Below, piece after piece: positions 58,476 through 64,000 of a stretch of 64,000 bases of DNA; the first letter of the stretch is position 1, and each line of letters starts with the position of its first letter. The notes below the pieces were generated by a model that saw nothing but the letters and a program-made list of their open reading frames with translations, did not search any database and was not told where the DNA came from. Origin of the DNA: Polyangiales bacterium. GTDB lineage: Bacteria; Myxococcota_A; Polyangia; Polyangiales; Polyangiaceae. The stretch is from NCBI GenBank assembly GCA_038230375.1, contig JBBRNJ010000046.1, positions 1-64,000 on the forward strand, given 5' to 3'. The position numbers and the translations under genes were made by a program.

Positions 58476-60161
58476 CTAGCCGCGGTGTTCGATCTCGGGT
58501 GGCAGGCGGAAGAAGGCGTTGCGCTCGGGATCGTTGTAGGACGTGTAGTCCGGCGTCCACGGGATCACCTTGGTTCCATCGGGTCCGTGCTCGATGGTCA
58601 CGGCCATGGGCGTGACCTCGTGGTAGCTCGAGTCCGTGGGCAGATCGAGGTTCGACGTTCCGCCGGCGGAGAACAGCGTGAAGAGCTGCGCCTGATCGTC
58701 GTCGTATGTCTTGGCGAAGCCGCCAGTGACCTTCTCGTGGCCGCGGAACATCATGCGCGCGCCGATGCGCTGCATGAACGCGCGGAACTGCATGCGGCCG
58801 AACGCAAAGCGTGACGCCTTGTCCTGCAGGTCCGCCGGGATCACATCCGCGGTGGACGGGTCGCTCCACATCATCTGGAAGCGGATGTCCGGATCGTTCA
58901 GGCTCGCAAGGTCCGTGAAGCGCTCCTTCAGGAGCCGGTCCTTCGCGATGCCGCCGTGCACGAACATGATGTCGTCGAAGAACAGCACGTTGGGAAGCGC
59001 GTCGAAGAGATCGCGATACTTGCGGAATACATCGATCGACAGGTGCGGTTTCAACGAGTTGATGGCCTCGGCCGGCTTCACGCCGCCGTACATGTTGCCC
59101 TGGTACTCGATGTAATACTCGTGGTTGCCTCGCAGGACGACGACGTGGTCCGGCGCGGTCACGAAGAGCTGCAGCACGGTACGCAACACGCCGTTCAGGC
59201 TGAAGAGCCCGCGATCGATGTAGTCGCCCAGGAGCACCAGGAGCGGGTACGGGTTGTTCTTCGGGTCCGCGCGGTAGCGGTCCACCTTTTCGAAGAACTT
59301 GGATTGCATGAGCGTTGCCTTGAGGACGCTGTAGCAGCCGTGCAGATCGCCAAGGACGATGAGCTCGTGGCTCTGGTTTTCCGCGGGCATGCGGACGTAG
59401 ATGTGCCCGTCCAGGAACGGCTCGGTGCCCGCGAGCTCGGAGAGCATCTTCTTGCCCGTGAGCCGGCCGCGGCCCTTTGCCTTCTGCTGCTCGAGCAGGG
59501 CGATCGAGCGATCGATGAGGTCCAGGTCCTGGTTCACCTGGGCCTTGATCAGCTCCGGGTCGCGCGAGAAATGCTTCTCGTGGGGCTTGAAGAACGGGTG
59601 GTCGGAGTAGGACGCGGGCAGCTCGCGGTGCTCGACGTGGACCTTGCGACCGTAGGTGTCGTCCTCGAGGATCTCGATCCCGTAGTCCGACTCCAGGAGC
59701 GACGCGAGCTCTGCGCGGAACTGCACCTCCGCCGGGTGCGCGACGCCATCTGCCATCAAGAGCTCGTCGATCAGACCCATGAGGGCCTCCTGACCGGGCT
59801 TTTCGAAGCTCTGGAAGATCTCGAAGCAGCGCACCTTCAAGCGCGCATGCACGAAGGCTGTGGGGTCCTCGTCGTTGGTGACAGACTCCGTGAAGAGCTC
59901 CTTCACGTTCTCGTTGATGCCGTCGAAGACCTCGAGGAAGTGCTTGGTGAACTTGGAGATGATCTCTGCCTTCACGGCGGCGTCCATGCTGCCCATGGAC
60001 GTGTCCGCGCGATGGCGAACGAGCTTGCCGATGTAGTCGCGAACGAACGCCTTCTCCTTGTCGTCGAAGTCGCCATCGATGTACCCGAACGTCGTCAGGT
60101 AAAAGATGATCGCGTGCATTTCTTGCTCTGCACGCTTCGGGTCGTCACTGAACGTCAGCAT
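58476..60161 (-). CDS. TerB-like domain fused to a PPP-family Ser/Thr phosphatase
   Basis: IDGDFD..E and ADG..HPAE TerB-like motifs; GDLHG, GDYIDRG, RGNHE, HGG, WSDP, RGHE, TLFSA. Confidence 0.85.
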   Translation of the reverse strand: MLTFSDDPKRAEQEMHAIIFYLTTFGYIDGDFDDKEKAFVRDYIGKLVRHRADTSMGSMDAAVKAEIISKFTKHFLEVFDGINENVKELFTESVTNDEDPTAFVHARLKVRCFEIFQSFEKPGQEALMGLIDELLMADGVAHPAEVQFRAELASLLESDYGIEILEDDTYGRKVHVEHRELPASYSDHPFFKPHEKHFSRDPELIKAQVNQDLDLIDRSIALLEQQKAKGRGRLTGKKMLSELAGTEPFLDGHIYVRMPAENQSHELIVLGDLHGCYSVLKATLMQSKFFEKVDRYRADPKNNPYPLLVLLGDYIDRGLFSLNGVLRTVLQLFVTAPDHVVVLRGNHEYYIEYQGNMYGGVKPAEAINSLKPHLSIDVFRKYRDLFDALPNVLFFDDIMFVHGGIAKDRLLKERFTDLASLNDPDIRFQMMWSDPSTADVIPADLQDKASRFAFGRMQFRAFMQRIGARMMFRGHEKVTGGFAKTYDDDQAQLFTLFSAGGTSNLDLPTDSSYHEVTPMAVTIEHGPDGTKVIPWTPDYTSYNDPERNAFFRLPPEIEHRG

Positions 60162-60218
60162 TGGCTCAGCAGGATACAGGTTCCGACGGACGACGCCAGT
60201 GCGCTTGGGGCGCGCGGC

Positions 60219-61841
60219 CTACGCCTTCTTCGCTGGCATCTTCTCTGGCATCTTCTCCGGAACCTGGCTCATCGCGCGCTCCGCCATCGCCGTGATGGTG
60301 AGGCTCGGGTTCACGCCCAGGTTGGCCGGGATGATGGAGCCATCGATGACATAGAAGTTCTCGTAGCCGAAGACCCTGCCGCCGGGATCCACGACGCCGT
60401 CTTCCTTCGTGAGGCCGATGGGGCAGCCACCCAGCACGTGCGCCGTGGTGGCCTTGTTCATGACGACCTCGATGAGGCCGCTCTGCGGAATGCCATCCAT
60501 CTTCTCCGCCATGCGGCGCGCGACCTCGTTCGCCATGGGCAGGTACACGGGGACCTTGGGGCCGCCGCCTGCCTCCGTGTCCAGGCGCCGCTTCCACGGC
60601 CAGAACCAGCGACGGCGCATCACGTAACGAAGATGGCTGTCGATGGGCTGCATCACCAGCAAGATGGCGCTCTTCTTCGCCCAGCCGAACGGCACCGACG
60701 TACGAAGGAACTGCAGCGGCTTCGTGATGACATTGCCGAGCCACCGCATCCACCGCGGCCACGGCGGACCGTCACCCGTGAGCAACGTGGAGAGCGACGC
60801 CATGGCGTCGGAGCCCATTGGATAGCGGACGATCTCGACGTGCGTCTTGTCGTCCACGTACACGCCGCTCGTGATGGCGATGCCCTTCGAGTAGTCGACG
60901 TCCTTCTTCCGCGAGCGCACGCTCAGGATCGCCTCGCTGTTGGTGCGCAGATAGCGACCCAGCTCCGGCGAAAGATCGGGAAGGCTGCCCTTCTCCTTGC
61001 ACTTCATGAGCAGCTCCACGCTGCCGTAGCTGCCTGCGGATATGACCACGCCACGCGCGCGCAGCTTCGCGGGCTCGTTCCAGTAGCCCGTGGACTTCAC
61101 CACCGTGAGCTCGTAGCCGCCGGGCTTGCCGTCTTTTTCGGGGAGAGGAACAACGTCCAGGACGCGGATCTCCGGGACGATCTTCGCGCCGCCTTTCTCT
61201 GCAAGATACAAGTAATTCCGATCGAGCGTGTTCTTGGCGCCCACGCGGCAGCCGACCATGCAGCCGCCGCACAGCGTGCAGCCAGTGCGTTCGGGGCCCT
61301 TGCCGTCGAAGTAGGGATCGGGGACGGTCTTCCCCGCTTCGCCGAAGTAGACGCCGACGGTGGCGCGGTGGAAGGTGTCGCCGCGGCCCATGTCCTCTGC
61401 CACGGACTTCAGCATGCGATCGGTCTCGACGATCACCGCGCTGGGCACCGCGCCCAGCATCTTCATCGCCATCTCGTAGTGCGGAATGAGCTCCTTCTGC
61501 CAGTCCATGCCGACCCAGCGCGGATCCTTCCACGCCTCGGCCGGCGGAATGAGCAACGTGTTCGCATAGACCAGGCTTCCGCCGCCCACGCCAGCGCCAT
61601 GCAGGAAGAACGCGTCCTTCACCAGCGTCATCTGCAAGATGCCATGCATGCCCAGAGCGGGTGCCCAGAGCGCCTTCCGCATGTTCCAGTTGGTCTTGGG
61701 GAAGTCCTCCTTGTTCCAGCGCTTGCCTTGCTCGAGTACGGCGACCTTGTAGCCCTTCTCCGTCAGTCGCAGCGCGGACACGCTCCCGCCGAAGCCGGAG
61801 CCCACGATGATGAAGTCGAACTCGATGTCGTCGTCAGACAC
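60219..61841 (-). CDS. GMC oxidoreductase, cholesterol oxidase (ChoD)-like
   Basis: GSGFGG, GVGGGSLVYAN, CTLCGGCMVGC..GAKNTLD.NYL, TAHVLGG, LGVNPSLTI. Confidence 0.9.
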   Translation of the reverse strand: MSDDDIEFDFIIVGSGFGGSVSALRLTEKGYKVAVLEQGKRWNKEDFPKTNWNMRKALWAPALGMHGILQMTLVKDAFFLHGAGVGGGSLVYANTLLIPPAEAWKDPRWVGMDWQKELIPHYEMAMKMLGAVPSAVIVETDRMLKSVAEDMGRGDTFHRATVGVYFGEAGKTVPDPYFDGKGPERTGCTLCGGCMVGCRVGAKNTLDRNYLYLAEKGGAKIVPEIRVLDVVPLPEKDGKPGGYELTVVKSTGYWNEPAKLRARGVVISAGSYGSVELLMKCKEKGSLPDLSPELGRYLRTNSEAILSVRSRKKDVDYSKGIAITSGVYVDDKTHVEIVRYPMGSDAMASLSTLLTGDGPPWPRWMRWLGNVITKPLQFLRTSVPFGWAKKSAILLVMQPIDSHLRYVMRRRWFWPWKRRLDTEAGGGPKVPVYLPMANEVARRMAEKMDGIPQSGLIEVVMNKATTAHVLGGCPIGLTKEDGVVDPGGRVFGYENFYVIDGSIIPANLGVNPSLTITAMAERAMSQVPEKMPEKMPAKKA

Positions 61842-61933
61842 TGTCTACCGAGCATAGGATCTCGTGCGGTCCGCGTCGATGCCCGTCAGAAAGGCCCTTG
61901 GGCGAGGCGGCCCAGCGGTCGTATCATCCGTGT

Positions 61934-63184
61934 ATGGTGCAATCGAAGCGACTTGCCCTGGTCCTTGCTGGCGGCGCCGCGCGCGGGGCCTACGAGGTGG
62001 GCGTCGTCGACTACATCGCGCGTGAGGTGTCGAAGGCCGTCGGGCGCGAGGTGCGCTTCGACATCCTGTGCGGCACGAGCGTGGGCGCGCTGAACGCGTG
62101 CGGCCTTGCGGCGTACGCGCACGAGGGCAAGGATGCCGCGCGGCGCCTCATCGACATATGGACGAAGCTCCAGATCAGCGAGCTGGTGCAGACGGACATG
62201 CGCGGCATGCTCGGCTTCGGACGACGGCTCCTGGGTCGCGGAGGCGTGGCCACGGACGTTGCGTTGCGCGAGAGCGGCATCCTGGACGCCGCCGGGCTCG
62301 AGCGGCTCATCGAGCGCTCGGTCCCGTTCAAGAACATCACTGGCAACATCGATAGTGAGCACCTGCACGCGCTCACGGTGTCCACCACGCATGTCGCGAG
62401 CGGCAAGACCGTGGTGTACGTGCAGCGCAAGGGCCTCACCATCCCTCACTGGAGTCTGGACCCCACGATCATCCCGCGGCCCGTCGCGATCAACGCGCAG
62501 CATGCGCTCGCGTCCGCCGCGATCCCGATCCTGTTCCGCGCGGTGCGGCTCGGCAACGAGTACCACTGCGACGGCGGCCTGCGGCAGAACGTGCCGCTGT
62601 CTCCCGCGCGGCGGCTCGGCGCGGACAGCGTGATCGTGATCAACCCGCGCCACATCGACGACCAGGGCCTCTCGGGCTCGCCCGAGACGGAGGAGGATTT
62701 TCCGGGCCCGTTCTTCCTGCTGGGCAAGACACTCAACGCGCTCTTGCTCGATCGCATCGACACGGACCTTGCGCGCCTTGAGAGCATCAACCGCATCCTG
62801 GACGCAGGGACAAAGGCCTACGGCGCGGACTTCACGGTCGCGCTGAACGCGGCGCTCGGCAACGGCGCGGGCCGCGGGATGAAGAAGATGAACGCGATGC
62901 TCGTGCGCTCCACGGAGGACATTGGCAAGCTCGCCGCGGAGTTCGTGCAGAGCCCAGCCTTCGCGCGCGTGCAAGGCGTGACGGGGCGCGTACTGCGACA
63001 CGTCGCCGACCTGGGCAACGCACGCAACGAGGCCGACCTGCTCTCCTATCTGCTCTTCGACGGCGAGTTTGCCGGACGCCTGATCGAGCTGGGTCGCAAG
63101 GACGCACGCGCGCGCCACGAGGAGCTATGTGCGTTCGTGGAGAGTCATCACGAGGCGAATGGTGCCACCGTCGGAAAAAGCTAG
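61934..63184 (+). CDS. Patatin-like phospholipase
   Basis: GGAARG, GTSVG (catalytic Ser), ASAAIP, DGG. Confidence 0.92.
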   Translation: MVQSKRLALVLAGGAARGAYEVGVVDYIAREVSKAVGREVRFDILCGTSVGALNACGLAAYAHEGKDAARRLIDIWTKLQISELVQTDMRGMLGFGRRLLGRGGVATDVALRESGILDAAGLERLIERSVPFKNITGNIDSEHLHALTVSTTHVASGKTVVYVQRKGLTIPHWSLDPTIIPRPVAINAQHALASAAIPILFRAVRLGNEYHCDGGLRQNVPLSPARRLGADSVIVINPRHIDDQGLSGSPETEEDFPGPFFLLGKTLNALLLDRIDTDLARLESINRILDAGTKAYGADFTVALNAALGNGAGRGMKKMNAMLVRSTEDIGKLAAEFVQSPAFARVQGVTGRVLRHVADLGNARNEADLLSYLLFDGEFAGRLIELGRKDARARHEELCAFVESHHEANGATVGKS

Positions 63185-63302
63185 CACCAGCTGTCAGGAT
63201 CCATTGTCTCAGGGGTGATACACACCACCCCACACAAACGCAGGGTTTTCCGGCGCAAAGGAGGGCTCGGATCGTTGGCAAGGTTCTCGCTTGGGAGGGC
63301 AC

Positions 63303-64000
63303 ATGACAACGCGGTCCCACCACCACAGTCCGCCGTCAACCTCGTTCGAGATCGACATCGACACGGACCTGGACACGGACCTGGATCTCGACGCGACCAC
63401 CCCCGTCCGGTCGTTCGACGTCCGGGCGGCGTTCGACTTCGATCAGACCTTCGCCAATCCCGATCACCCGCTCATCACCGCCGAGCGCGACATCTGCCGT
63501 GAGCGCGAGCGGACGTCGTCTCCGCCGCCTCCGCCCGTCTTCGCCGCGCCTCCACCGTCGTACCGGCCTGCCCCTCCCCCGCCCTACCGACGGGCGTCCA
63601 GCCATTCCGCGCACCCCGAGTCGCAGGGCTCGCTTGCACCGACGGCGATGGAGCTTCCGCACAGCTACTTTGCATCGTTCCCCACACCGGCGAACGGCAT
63701 CAAGGCGCCACCGCTCAGCATCGTGTCCACATCCACGATGCCGCGCATGGAGATCTTGGTCGAGCCGGCGCCCTTCCAGCGCGGCATGTCGGGCGCGAAG
63801 ATCGCCCTGATGTTCGGCGCGCTCGCATTTGCCGCAGCGCTTGTCGCGTTCACTGCGGCCATGAGCGCGGACTCCGACGTGGCAGCGCGTCCGGTGAATG
63901 AATCCGTGCATCATGCAGCCATTCCGCAGGCAGAGACCACGTCGATCCCCATGGCCGCGGAGCCCGCGCGTACCGTGGCTCTCTCACCAGAGACCGCGCA
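63303..64000 (+). CDS. Pro-rich membrane-anchored hypothetical protein (3'-truncated, absent from the ORF track)
   Basis: GGAGG RBS then ATG 63303; my translation MTTRSHHHSPPSTSFEIDID.. stays open towards the window end; TM IALMFGALAFAAALVAFTAAM. Confidence 0.7.
   Translation, partial: MTTRSHHHSPPSTSFEIDIDTDLDTDLDLDATTPVRSFDVRAAFDFDQTFANPDHPLITAERDICRERERTSSPPPPPVFAAPPPSYRPAPPPPYRRASSHSAHPESQGSLAPTAMELPHSYFASFPTPANGIKAPPLSIVSTSTMPRMEILVEPAPFQRGMSGAKIALMFGALAFAAALVAFTAAMSADSDVAARPVNESVHHAAIPQAETTSIPMAAEPARTVALSPETA

Noticed and set aside
58956..62093. 1045-aa plus-strand ORF, and many other long antisense ORFs in the track
   Set aside because: Shadow frames of well-supported opposite-strand genes in high-GC DNA; no recognisable motifs
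63349..63392. GAC-based hexamers resembling the microsatellite family
   Set aside because: They lie within the 63303 ORF (EIDIDTDLDTDLDLD) and are explained by an acidic coding repeat

Overview
A high-GC, gene-dense 64 kb bacterial window with about 57 credible CDS. Gene style (many Cys-rich and 'DAG/DAS'-linker lipoproteins, a DUF1552/DUF1592 pair, an ASPIC/UnbV protein, an FHA-AAA regulator) suggests a myxobacterium, probably Polyangiaceae-like; this is inference. Recognisable genes include a PAS hybrid histidine kinase with two stand-alone receivers, GST, GH105/88, a DUF3494 ice-binding-type lipoprotein, a NuiA-like lipoprotein, YcaQ/AlkZ glycosylase, dnaJ, hrpA, a sugar ABC transporter with a fused binding protein-permease, a MocR/EamA pair, yhbY, a CoA transferase, an M15B peptidase, a cholesterol-oxidase-like GMC enzyme and a patatin. 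I saw no rRNA, tRNA or CRISPR array. The most interesting observations are: (1) dispersed (GARGTC)n microsatellites that abut stop codons at four loci; (2) a lone Y1/HUH RAYT-like transposase ending in a hairpin; (3) a TerB-like/PPP phosphatase fusion convergent with a degenerate FHA-AAA regulator; (4) a candidate structured RNA leader; (5) orphan NuiA-like and BufA2-like exported proteins; (6) an in-frame-deleted acyl-CoA ligase and an apparently ligand-less M29-like peptidase. All family calls come from motif recognition by eye, with no database searches. Several start codons were re-chosen relative to the ORF track and are uncertain.
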